This document shows, in pieces, positions 52,901-64,000 of a stretch of 64,000 nucleotides of DNA. A program made the position numbers and the translations under genes. The notes beneath the pieces are model-generated. The model made no database searches and was not told the DNA's origin. It saw only the letters and a program-made list of their open reading frames with translations. Each line of letters opens with the position of its first letter. Positions within the stretch are counted from its first letter, which is position 1. The DNA comes from Octopus bimaculoides (lineage: Eukaryota), in the NCBI RefSeq assembly GCF_001194135.2, contig NC_068985.1:87406733-87470732 (forward strand), in the 5' to 3' direction.

Positions 52901-54098
52901 TTGTTCGAAACTCTTGGATGATAATATATTTTCTTTCTGAATTAAAAATTAATCAGTCATATGGTTATTTTTTACATGTTCGTTATCATTTATTCTATAT
53001 ATACTTATAAATATACATGCAAATATATCTACCTATCAAAATAGGAGATGGGGTAATTTTTGATATAATTTATTTTTGGCATTATTTACCCCCCCCCCCC
53101 CGGTTTTGGAATTATTACTCTGTAGAAAATATTTTGCAGTATTTCAAACTCTTATGCAAACCTCGAACGAATGTAACTTTTACATACGAATTTAGAACAC
53201 TGGAATAAACAGATGTGCTTCGAGAGGACACAACTAGGATTTTAACCTTATCTACGTTATATGTATGTACTTAGTAAATCTATGTTTATGTGTGTGTGTA
53301 TATGCATATATATATATATGTGTTTATATGGTTCAACAAAGACAAGTATAGGCGCGTCAAATACCAAGCAATATGAATTTTTGAATTATTGAAATAATTT
53401 CAGTTTCTCAGAGAACACAAAGCAATCACTTGGAAGCATATGGGACTGACTCCAAAATAAGATGTGAAGACTATTTCAAGAATCAAGAAATTCCTTTTTC
53501 ATTTTCCACTGGTTTCAATTATCTCCCTACGATTGTTCTACACCCTTCGAAGCAGAGATAATCTCAATAAATCCAGTACTTGTCTTATTTGATAATAAAT
53601 CCAGCCTTATTCCTCTCTGTTCAAATATATATTACTAGTTTCTCTGAGTTATTTTCTCTTATATCATTTATGTTTTATTTATTCAAATTGCCAAGGCCGT
53701 AATGTGTTTCACTCGTTTCTGTATATGCCTAAGTGCTCCCCCCACTGGAGATAAGCTATGACGACCGCTGTGCTGATGACACTAGTTGAACCAGAAACAC
53801 GCCGTCGTAGTTTTTTCTCTTTTTTTTTGTATCTCTTGGACAACCTGACTATCTTAAAATATTTCAGTTTTCGAAAATTCATAGTTTTTGAGATTATCTC
53901 CTCTGTTCTTTGGAGTTGGTCCTAATTGGAACCAATCAATTATTTTACCCTCCTTTGCACTGGTAATAATTTCAATTGTTAACAACTCATTTTGTATATT
54001 TATTATATGCTTATTCGTTTTTCTTCAGACTTATGCTACTGACCACTCTGAGTTATTTTTGCTCGTTTTTGTTCTACACTCACACACACACACACACA

Positions 54099-54138
<40 letters not shown>

Positions 54139-54734
54139 AACATAATACATACGCCACACACAAACACACGCAGAGCTGATTCTACTTACATCGCTTCTCT
54201 TAATTTCCTGTTCCGAATCCTGGGACAATCGGGATCCTGGATGATTGAAACTTCCTGATTATATACATCCACGGGATTACATTATCATTACTATAAAATC
54301 TTAAGATTTAAAAGTCGGTAAGGCATTACTAATATCGACGTAGCATTGTAGAATAAATTCCTATTAATTAGTCTTTGATTTTGTTCTACAGTTACGATTG
54401 TTTACTTTTATCCAAGAAGTAGAAGAGACAAATTTATAATAAAGAATATAGTTATCAAACATGACCTGTCTTACTGCTGCATCTTCAGTACCCGCTATGT
54501 GGATTTTACATCCTCTCAGCCATAACAGGCTTTAGAAAGAAGAATACAATTCCAGAAGAAAATTATATATTTCCAGATATTTTGTTGTTCTGAAAATAAC
54601 CATGGAATTTTCAACAGTACAACTAGGATATACTTAGTATATGATTAGATATAGGAGACAGTTAACGATGTTTTATATATATGCACATGTATGTGCATGT
54701 GTGCGCGTGTGTGTTAGAATGTATGTATATATGC

Positions 54735-54806
<72 letters not shown>

Positions 54807-55319
54807 CACATGCATGCATATACATATCGAAATTCACGAGCGGGCGCACACACACACACACAAACCCGTCCTGTGCACTGCATCATATAGCAAATGATCA
54901 CAAGTGTTTTTGCTGATCTTTAGTAAATTTGTATTTATTTAAATGCTATAATTTTCTGTAAATGTTTGCTGCAGCCAAAGTTTGTTTGGATTGGTAATTC
55001 TGTTTATGGCATCCGCTTGAAATGGTACTTGATGAAGCCATTGCTTTTGTGATTAGTTTCGTATATCAACAGTTGGTCCGATAGATTTTTCTTTATCTTT
55101 TTTCTTAATATTTCTTTGGAAATCATGCCTGAAACACCAAATCATTGGAATTCATATCAAATCAATTACTGCATTGTTCAATATCGATTTTGAAGTTATA
55201 GACTCAGAATATATTTCACGCATGTCTTTAAAAACAGTAATTTGCTTGGTGCTAATTTAAGAAAATCGATTCTTCTCTATATATGTCTGAATCAGTAAAT
55301 TTTATTTCATTTCATTTGG

Positions 55320-55383
<64 letters not shown>

Positions 55384-55811
55384 TTGTATTTTACTATACA
55401 CACACCACTTTTAGAATAAAAAATATTTTAGAGAATAAAGGAATAATAATAATTTAAAGTTTTATTCTATTAAGTTTTTTTCTTATTTTGGAAATTCTCG
55501 ACGAATTATTAAATTTTTATTGTTATAAAAAGTGTATAGTAAATATCTTTTGAACGAAATCACGTAAATATTTTAGACTACGCCAGTAAGATTATCTCTC
55601 ACTCACCCTTTCCTCTGTCGACTCGGCTAAATATATTTGTTCAAAATGAAATGTGACCCAATTTACTACACACATATATATGTGTACAATTATATATTTA
55701 ACATGTTGATGTACACTCAGGCATGGAGAGACATAGACATCTGAAATTTTCTTGAGAGAAAAAATTCTTCTTATTGACAATATGCATGAACAATACACCA
55801 CAGGACTATGA

Positions 55812-55821
55812 ATGACGTCAT
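55812..55821. promoter_or_regulatory. palindromic CRE (ATGACGTCAT) in a CpG-enriched patch
   Basis: 'gaatgacgtcatcagtccgtcgg..ttgcgcgtcgtc'. Confidence 0.3.
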
Positions 55822-56034
55822 CAGTCCGTCGGACACATGTGTTTCTGCATGGTTGCGCGTCGTCTGTTACCGATACCAACTCGTCGTTGATAGCCATTAT
55901 AAACTTGCTGTCCATGTATTAGTCCAGCAAATGGTACATTAGCTGATGTAGGCAAATCTTTGCACAGCCGGAATTAATTAGAGGCGGTTTCAATTTCTGA
56001 GTGTACGCGTATATCTAAATATGATTGTATATAC

Positions 56035-56875
56035 CTATATTTCATTCAAGGCTACTTCGTAGATTGGAGAGAAGCAGTTGGGTGAAGTTTTGTACCCCTG
56101 GCAATCGGGACTATCATTGAGTTTGGCGGGATTCCTTACGAGGAAGGCTGCCTTCTTCAGGTGTTCACATATTTTTATACTGATAATTTTTTCTCTCATT
56201 TTCTTTGCGTCTTTCTTCTTATCCATTATGTATCTCCCCCTCAAACTGTAATCTGACCTTGTAATATTCTCCCTCATCTGATGCTTTTGTGGCATATAAA
56301 GGATATTGTCATTAATGAATGAGAAAGCAGTGCATACAAGCAAAGTGACACTGGGGTACAAATATACGAAGCTCAATATACTCATTATGGCTATCCGCCT
56401 GATAAAGGTACACCAGGCACTTGCATCACAACCATATGTGCGCAACATGGTGATCTCATATCAAGATAAACAGTGCGTGACTTTGAAGGTGGGGCCTAGT
56501 TACAATTTTCTTCAGGTTGAGGATCCTATACCGCTCAAAAGGTCTCTGAATAAGGTCTGTTTAAGGATGATGAACGAAGCACCTATGTTTCCAAAGGAGA
56601 ATTATTCAAACCCCAAAGAATTCCTCTCAATACATGGCTATAATGCTCCCCCACTTCTGCTCGTGATCAGTGATGCACATATCGTCAACCACTAAGGGAC
56701 ATGCTCAACTGGTTAAGGTCAAACAACTGACAAGCAAATCTGTGGTATTGAGCAGAATATTTGCTGTAGCCCATCTTTTATACCAAGACAAAACAATGTA
56801 CATGATAACACTTCCAATCAATTAAGATCAGAAGCCATGATAGCCACTGCCTGGTACTGCATCCGGGCATATCAT
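56035..56875 (-). mobile_element. probable 5' UTR and ORF start of a Dong/R4-clade element adjoining (TAA)n
   Basis: On - strand begins right after (TAA)n with 'atgcccggatgcagtaccaggcagtggc'; downstream reads NDSPDCQGYKTSPNCFSP; family assignment is from recall, not verified. Confidence 0.45.
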
Positions 56876-56904
56876 TATTAGTATTATTATTATCATTATT
56901 GTTG

Positions 56905-56963
<59 letters not shown>

Positions 56964-56994
56964 ATTTATATTGGCCTTTGTGATAAATTGATAG

Positions 56995-57165
56995 AATCAT
57001 TAGAACGTCATACAGGAACTGTTCTGGACTCTTTGCGTTCTGCGTTCAATTCCACCGAGGTCAATTTTGACTTCCATATTTACGAGGTCAATAAAATCAA
57101 ATCCCAGTCGAGTACTCAAGCGGATAATGACGACTGAGCCCCCTCCCCTCAAAACTGCTGAGCTC
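56995..57165 (+). mobile_element. tRNA-derived SINE, diverged
   Basis: 'gcgttcaattccaccgaggtcaattttgacttccat' homologous to 20100-20150. Confidence 0.65.
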
Positions 57166-58789
57166 TTTGTTATTGTTGCACATTGATTATTTTCTGAAAA
57201 GTCTGTAATGAGTCAGTTTCCATGTTGTTTAAGTGGAGGTGTTACTAAATATCTTTTTTTTTTCTTATGAAATTGGTTATTTCAATTCTGTAGTTAGGAT
57301 TACATCTTATAGATTATTTTTTAGATTGTTAAGTAGGAAATGTGATTTTTGTATGTTTTCATAAATCTTTTGTTAAATATATGTATTTCAATATTTATGT
57401 AATGGTTGTGCGATCGTTGAATTCAGCAAACTGTAATTATGTCTCTTGCTGGAAGGAGATACATCGAATATTTGCGAAGTTTGTGAATATATTTTTGCTC
57501 TGTTCATTGAACTGTGAGTGTATCTGTATGATTACGATCAGTCAGAAGGAGGAGAGTTCGAGATTATATGCTATGTGATCGTTGTAAATAGGTTGCTAGA
57601 ATATAAAGTGATGTTTGCAGAATAGAAGCTGGAGTTATTTTAGTGAGTTTGAAGTTGTAGTTCATTAGACGTGGATCAACTGTAATCAAGCATACATTGC
57701 GATAATGAATACCCTAAATTTTCTTTTGTACATGATACATCAAGGACTACATTATCCAATGTAGCCTTAATGTACGATGCCAGATAGAGACTGAAAGGGA
57801 TGGATTTAGGGGCTATATCTAGCACAACAAGACAGCACATCGGACCATATTTTAAGACGTATTTTGTGTAGGAAATTGAAGTTGTAATGGTAATTTAGCT
57901 GGCACGCTGTGCTGCATCTTATGATTTTGCACAAGCTTTGTAGGTTGCATTTGTGTTGTAGTTACTGCGGGAGAACAGTAACCGACAGATAAGTGGTTCC
58001 ATTCCTGTTGGTGATTGTGTCCACATTTTTTCTGAAAGCAGATTGCCTATGGGTGAAGACGTTGGGCTACGATCAAGTGGTCGGTTCGATGTTTTTGTTC
58101 CTGCAGCGCGTTGTCTACTTTCGCAAGGCAGTTTATCTCACATTGGTTTATATCAACTGACAGAATCTCTTGCAGCATTCAGTTACATACTTTCGTGTTT
58201 TGAGTTCAAATCTCACTAGAACCACATGTTTTTCACCCTTCACTGCTCGATAAAATAAGAAACGGATATTCTAGGAGGAATTCAATTAACTTTTATTCTT
58301 TCCAAAGAAATCGCGACCACGTGACTATGCAAAGGGTACTTGTTATCATATCAGTTGTGTTGTGTCATTGGAAACTGGATCCTTGTAGAATACATCGACA
58401 TACACACAGATATATGTGTATGATTGTATATGTGTATATATGTGTGTATGTTTGTATGTATGTGTGTGTGTATGTATGTATGTTTGTATGTATGTGTGTG
58501 TATGTATGTTTGTATGTATGTGTGTGTGTATGTATGCTAAATCTAGTGAAAGAAATAAAGAAAAACTACAGGAGGTTTGCTTACGAGGGAACTTAATACT
58601 GTAAAGTCTGGAACATTTTCGGGTTCCAGACAACTCTATCTTAATAAAGCATACATGAACGTACACACACGTAGCCCTGCATTCATGGATGGATACACAC
58701 ACATACACGTACACAAACATGTAGCTTCAACACACATCTACAGAAGCAATGCTTGGATACATCATCACTGTGGTATCCTAAAACCACTG

Positions 58790-59327
58790 CGTTTTGGTTC
58801 TCATAGTATACATCCCCATCCAGGTGACCCGATCAACCACTTCTGACTCTTTCCAAAAGCATGGCTTCCATCAGTAATCCTTTTCAGACAGGGTTGTACC
58901 ACAGTCCCCAACAGCTTCACATAACTATCTGAATTGAGCTTAAAGCCCGATTCAAAGATATAGATAAGAATTGCGGCATGTGGACGCCTGTTGTGTGCTT
59001 TCCTTCTGGCCATGGCATCGTAGTCTCCGTTGCAGCTGTCCATGTCACGTCATAAAGCATTTTGCAGTGTTGAAAGAGCATTGGGCAGCAGTCATGGTGT
59101 CGGTATTTCGATACCCATTGTGGGCATCATGAAACAGTTAACCTTTTTCCAATATTCAGATAGCCTCCAGTCCCCCATGTCAACTTTTCCTCAACTACAT
59201 ATCTAATCTTCATTCTCTCCAACGCCGCTGACTGCTCGCCAATACATCAGGCTGTCCCTGAAAAGAAAAAAGGAGCCATAAAATATCGTCAAATTTCTCC
59301 CGAACACCCGAGGACCCAATAACCTGA
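58790..59327 (-). pseudogene. maT/Tc1-like transposase pseudogene with large internal deletions
   Basis: MGDWRLSEYWK..DMDSCNGDYDAMARRKAHNRR joined to YIFESGFKLNSDSYVKLLGTVVQPCLKRI..GKSQKWL; TIR-like end near 59290-59327. Confidence 0.75.
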
Positions 59328-60159
59328 TGTTTTCAACTTATTAATTGCACGCTACTCAACGTCTATCATTGCGTCATTAGCTTTACTTTATTTTCATTTA
59401 ATGAATCGTCAAGCATTATCAACATTTCTCAGAACAGTTCGTTGTTCTGATAAGACTCTAAATATTATCAAGTAGTTTCATGATGATGATATAGAGCAAA
59501 TTATATTTGGTGGAGAACATTCAGCTAGTTTTCCATCAATCGGCGCTTGTTTAAAATGGGCTGAAATAACTAAGCGTATTGAATGTTCCGTATCTTTTTG
59601 CAATTTTTTGCTTTTCAATGAATCGCTATGGTTTTTATGTAAGTATTTATATTCACTGCTGCACAACTGGCAAGTTCTTCAATTTCACTTACCTTAATTT
59701 TAAAGCACACAGTTCACAATCGTTTAGAAGAGATCACTTGGGCGCTGATAACTGCGACATTAATGCACTCGTAGAAAAATATCTTTAAAGTTGTATGGCT
59801 TAAATTTCATTGGTATGTAACATGTTAAACCTTGCGTTAAAAATACCATTTTTATTAGCCCTGCTCTGGGTAATCTATAATAATACTATAGAATGATAAA
59901 TGTCTGTAAAATATATCTTCGTGCAAATATCTTGGCAGCATGTTAAGCCGAATTGCAAATCTTGATGACGAAATTCAAAAGAAAATTCAAAAGATATAAA
60001 TGTATTTTGGAAATTAAAATCTTTTGTCACTAAACAATATTACAGTCATCTATGACCAAACATTACGATACAAAAAAAAAAAAAAATCCATCTAAAATAT
60101 TTATTTAATAACATATTTAATCTGATTTGCTACAAATCTGTAAAACATGAATCACATAT

Positions 60160-60325
60160 TCAAAATATTTGTTAAACATTTTGAACATATTCAGAAAACG
60201 TGTCTGCGACAAATTTTGTCTGTATCTTGGAGACATTTGGCGAGCGATTTAGGAATGATGAAATATTCTAAGAGTAGAAGCTTTCTCGCGATGACGTTGA
60301 CTGAACTCAGAATAGGTCCCGGTGT
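60160..60325 (+). mobile_element. RTE/L2-like LINE fragment downstream of RT
   Basis: FEHIQKTCLRQILSVSWRH resembles the conserved 'FHQRCLRxILxIxW' motif. Confidence 0.55.
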
Positions 60326-60759
60326 TATTCGTCAATATTTCTATCAATATAAATATAAGGACAATCACTTTCTTACAATCCATTCCATACTGTGAATACG
60401 AACGTAGCGAAATGAATATTATTGAACATATTGTTTTCTTCTTTTATAAAACACTCAGATACATATGTGAGTGTATATAACTACATATATACTTATATAA
60501 CGCATGTTTGTAATATTCCTTCAGTTTTCTTTCATATTCTTTTGCATTACAAACTCCAGCCAATTCCTACTATCCTAAGGATTCACAGAAAGGATTCTGT
60601 TACACAGGATTCCAATTACGATATTTATATCCTTTCTGCCGCAAATTTTCATTTCCATTTCTTTTTTATGTTTTCCAGTTTTTTTAGTCTATTATGTTGC
60701 ACATCGCATAACTTACACTATTGTGCATCTATCCCCGTTAATATACAAGCGCATATATC

Positions 60760-60795
<36 letters not shown>

Positions 60796-61492
60796 NNNNN
60801 NNNNNNNNNNNNNNNNNNNNNNNNNNNNNNNNNNNNNNNNNNNNNNNNNNNNNNNNNNNNNNNNNNNNNNNNNNNNNNNNNNNNNNNNNNNNNNNNNNNN
60901 NNNNNNNNNNNNNNNNNNNNNNNNNNNNNNNNNNNNNNNNNNNNNNNNNNNNNNNNNNNNNNNNNNNNNNNNNNNNNNNNNNNNNNNNNNNNNNNNNNNN
61001 NNNNNNNNNNNNNNNNNNNNNNNNNNNNNNNNNNNNNNNNNNNNNNNNNNNNNNNNNNNNNNNNNNNNNNNNNNNNNNNNNNNNNNNNNNATATATATAT
61101 ATATATATATATATAAACACACATACCCACGTATACAGATGCAAACATACATACTTGTGTACATATGTACACCTATGTTTATATGCACATACATATATAT
61201 ATGTATATACGCACACACAATGACATAAATTTATGTTTTATATTATATTTTCGATCTATATGTTATGTGAGTATACACACACACACATATGCATATGTGT
61301 GTGTGCGTATATGTACATATATACACATGTACATCATATTTATACACATACATATAGGTAAGTGTGTATGTATATATATATATCGTTGTATGTGTGCCGC
61401 GTGTGCATTTGTTTCTCTTGGAATTTGATCAATTTCAGTATTTCCCTGAATGACACAGAAAGAAGAGAGTGAAAGAGAATGGCAGAAGTGGC

Positions 61493-61616
<124 letters not shown>

Positions 61617-62279
61617 GGTGGTGGAGATAATCATGGAATGCAGTGGCCAAGACGAGATAGTTTCAATGTTCAGAGGATTTTCCAGGGTGGCGATTCAACG
61701 AGGACACATTTCGATGGTTTACTGTGGTTCTTTCTCCATGATCTATGATATAGTTTGAACTCTTCCCTACTGGAGGCGAACCACACACTTTATCAACTTA
61801 TGGCGGAAGATCATTTGGGTCTGGCTGACATCGCAACGTGCCCAAACGATGTCACCATCGTCATCATGAAAGTCGGCATTGGTAACTTCGTCGACATTAT
61901 TGTCCACCACCAGTATCGCCGTCGTTGTCGTCGTCATCATCATAATTGTCATTCTTATCAACATCATCATCACAACCGTCAGCATCGTACGTCATCATCA
62001 TTGCCATCATTTTCCTCACTATAGCCTACTCCACCATCGTTTCCAACTATCCGACTATTGTGGGCTAGAATTTATAAAGAACTTCAACACCTAACAGCAG
62101 CAGCAGCACAGGCAGCAGCAGGTGATGCTACTGTAACGACGTCAAACGAAGTTCCTTGTTCCACAATACGTCACCGACTCCAGATTCGTCTACCTTTTCT
62201 TGTCTTTGCCCCTCCTCCCTCTTAGTTTCTCCCCTCCTCCTCCTCTTCTTTCTTCTTTTTCTTCTACTTCCTTTTCTTT

Positions 62280-62425
62280 TACTTCATCATCACCATCATC
62301 TTCATCGTCATCGTCATCGTCTTCTTCTTCTTCTTCTTCTTCTTCTTCTTCTTCTTCTTCTTCTTCTTCTTCTTCTTCTTCTTCTTCTTCTTCTTCTTCT
62401 TCTTTTTCCTCTTCTTCTTCTTCTC
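62280..62425. repeat. (CAT)n/(CTT)n microsatellite
   Basis: Directly visible. Confidence 0.97.
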
Positions 62426-63894
62426 TATACACACAAATCCTCCATTCACGCATTCTCTTGTTGTTTCGGCTCACTCAAAAACCCACGCCCCTTCAAAGTG
62501 GTTCAAGATCTCATGATACTCTCACTTTCTCTTACGTTAATGCCTTATTTATAAAATTTTGTTCGTCTTATGTTGTCCTTCATAATGCTGCATTTACGCA
62601 CCCTTGCACACACACACACACATACACAATAACTTTCACTCTCTCTGTCTCCTCTCTCTCTCTCTCTCTCTCTATCTATCTGCCTACTTATCTATCTCTC
62701 TGTACATGTATGTATAATTTTAACATATAATAACAGTAAATATTAGTTAAATAAACTAGCAGAAAAACTGCACGGAGGGCGCATGTGTTGTGCATATTGA
62801 TATTATATATACATATAAATATGATAAATAGATTATAGAGTAAATTGGCAATATGCTCATGAATTGAACAAAGACTCTGTTATAGTCTATTCTGTAATCA
62901 GTAAAACAATCTGTGATACAGTGAAAAAAGACGATAATGAAAATTGAGAAATTGGAGATGAGACTGTCAAAGCAAAATGTTCATGAATCTTCACCTGAGT
63001 GAATTTCAAAATAGATTCTCTGGTGGGAATTAATGAATTACATTTACCAATATGAAGAGAGTTGAGTTTTACTATATTGTTGTTTCATTATATTCACTTA
63101 CAGACATCTTAAGTGTTTCTAGTGTCCCTTTCCTAGTAATTAAAAAGGAACTTAAATACATTTCAATTAAAAGGGGGTAATGAATGTCTCATATCACTGC
63201 AGAATTTTTTGCAGACACAATTGTCAGCAAATGGAACCCTTTCGTTCATCTCGGTTAATATCTTTGTATTTTCTTTTCTTGACACTCTTGATAATGCAAC
63301 ATATATCTGACCATTTGCGAAGAATTGTGTTGAGAGATGATATTATTGACTAAATAATTTCAAAGTGGTATTCCAGCATGACCGCAGTCAAACTCAATTT
63401 GAAAATTTAATTCGGATCTAGTTTTTTTCATTCGCAAAAAATGCATTTTTTAAAAGACAGTAAAAAAAATCTCAAAATCGGCTATAATAATAAAGTTTTC
63501 CAGTCTAATTGTTATGAAGGTATAATGTTGTGGAGAAAAAAAAAAAAAACGAACGGAAAATTTACAGTTACAGAGGTCTAAAAATCGAAAAAAAAAGACT
63601 GTATTTTTAGCCAATAGCGAGACAGAAATTTTCTGCGTTTAGCGGAGCGGTGTCAACTTTATGGTTATACCCTGTGAAATTAAAGTTTAGCGTCTGTGAA
63701 ATGACCTCTTCATTGTACGTTTCTAAATAAACAGAAATATCTAATAAAATCAACATGTATCATCTTACTGTTTCTTTTGTCTCTTCATTGATTGTATGTT
63801 TTTATTATTTTTTAATTTGTTATGTTACTATATTTGCCTGCATGTATCATGATTACCTGTCATGTATTTGTGTACATCAAATATACAAGTGCAT

Positions 63895-63946
63895 GTGTGT
63901 GTGCGTGCGTGCGTGCGTGCGTGTGTGTGTATGTGTGTGTATGTGT

Positions 63947-64000
<54 letters not shown>
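63895..64000. repeat. (GT)n/(GCGT)n microsatellite
   Basis: Directly visible. Confidence 0.98.

Noticed and set aside
55592-55915. 107-aa minus-strand ORF (MDSKFIMAINDE...)
   Set aside because: No homology recognised, weak donor, runs into AT-repeat sequence
56120-56170. Minus-strand CTGAAGAA-GGC...GCC-AAAC hammerhead-like motif
   Set aside because: Lacks G12 of GAAA and has no stem I or III
59140-59280. Strong minus-strand acceptor (ttttttcttttcag|G)
   Set aside because: Lies within the maT element 5' region and all frames close quickly

Overview
AT-rich, microsatellite-dense eukaryotic DNA with scaffold gaps (N runs abut (TA)n/(CT)n/(CA)n). The repeat content (tRNA-derived SINEs, Penelope-like, Dong/R4, mariner/maT relics) resembles a coleoid cephalopod, probably Octopus; this is inference from recalled repeat families. 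No intact host protein-coding gene is recognisable, so the window looks like a very large intron or intergenic region filled with decayed transposons: three Penelope-like fragments, several Dong/R4-clade non-LTR fragments, Tx1/L1, CR1-like and RTE-like LINE pieces, mariner, maT/Tc1 and hAT transposase pseudogenes, two MITE types and many SINEs. Best signals: (1) five hammerhead-ribozyme-like motifs, four with minimal type-I architecture and palindromic stem III; (2) a pile-up of four Dong/R4 3' ends from at least three families in one (TAA)n locus, plus a probable 5' end elsewhere; (3) a compact E-box/CArG/Ets cluster at 11.36-11.54 kb; (4) a TSD-flanked SINE dimer; (5) a 240-bp fold-back MITE; (6) weak hints of a minus-strand host gene (CRE, 42-nt exon ending ATG|GTAAGC). 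TE boundaries are approximate, read by eye.
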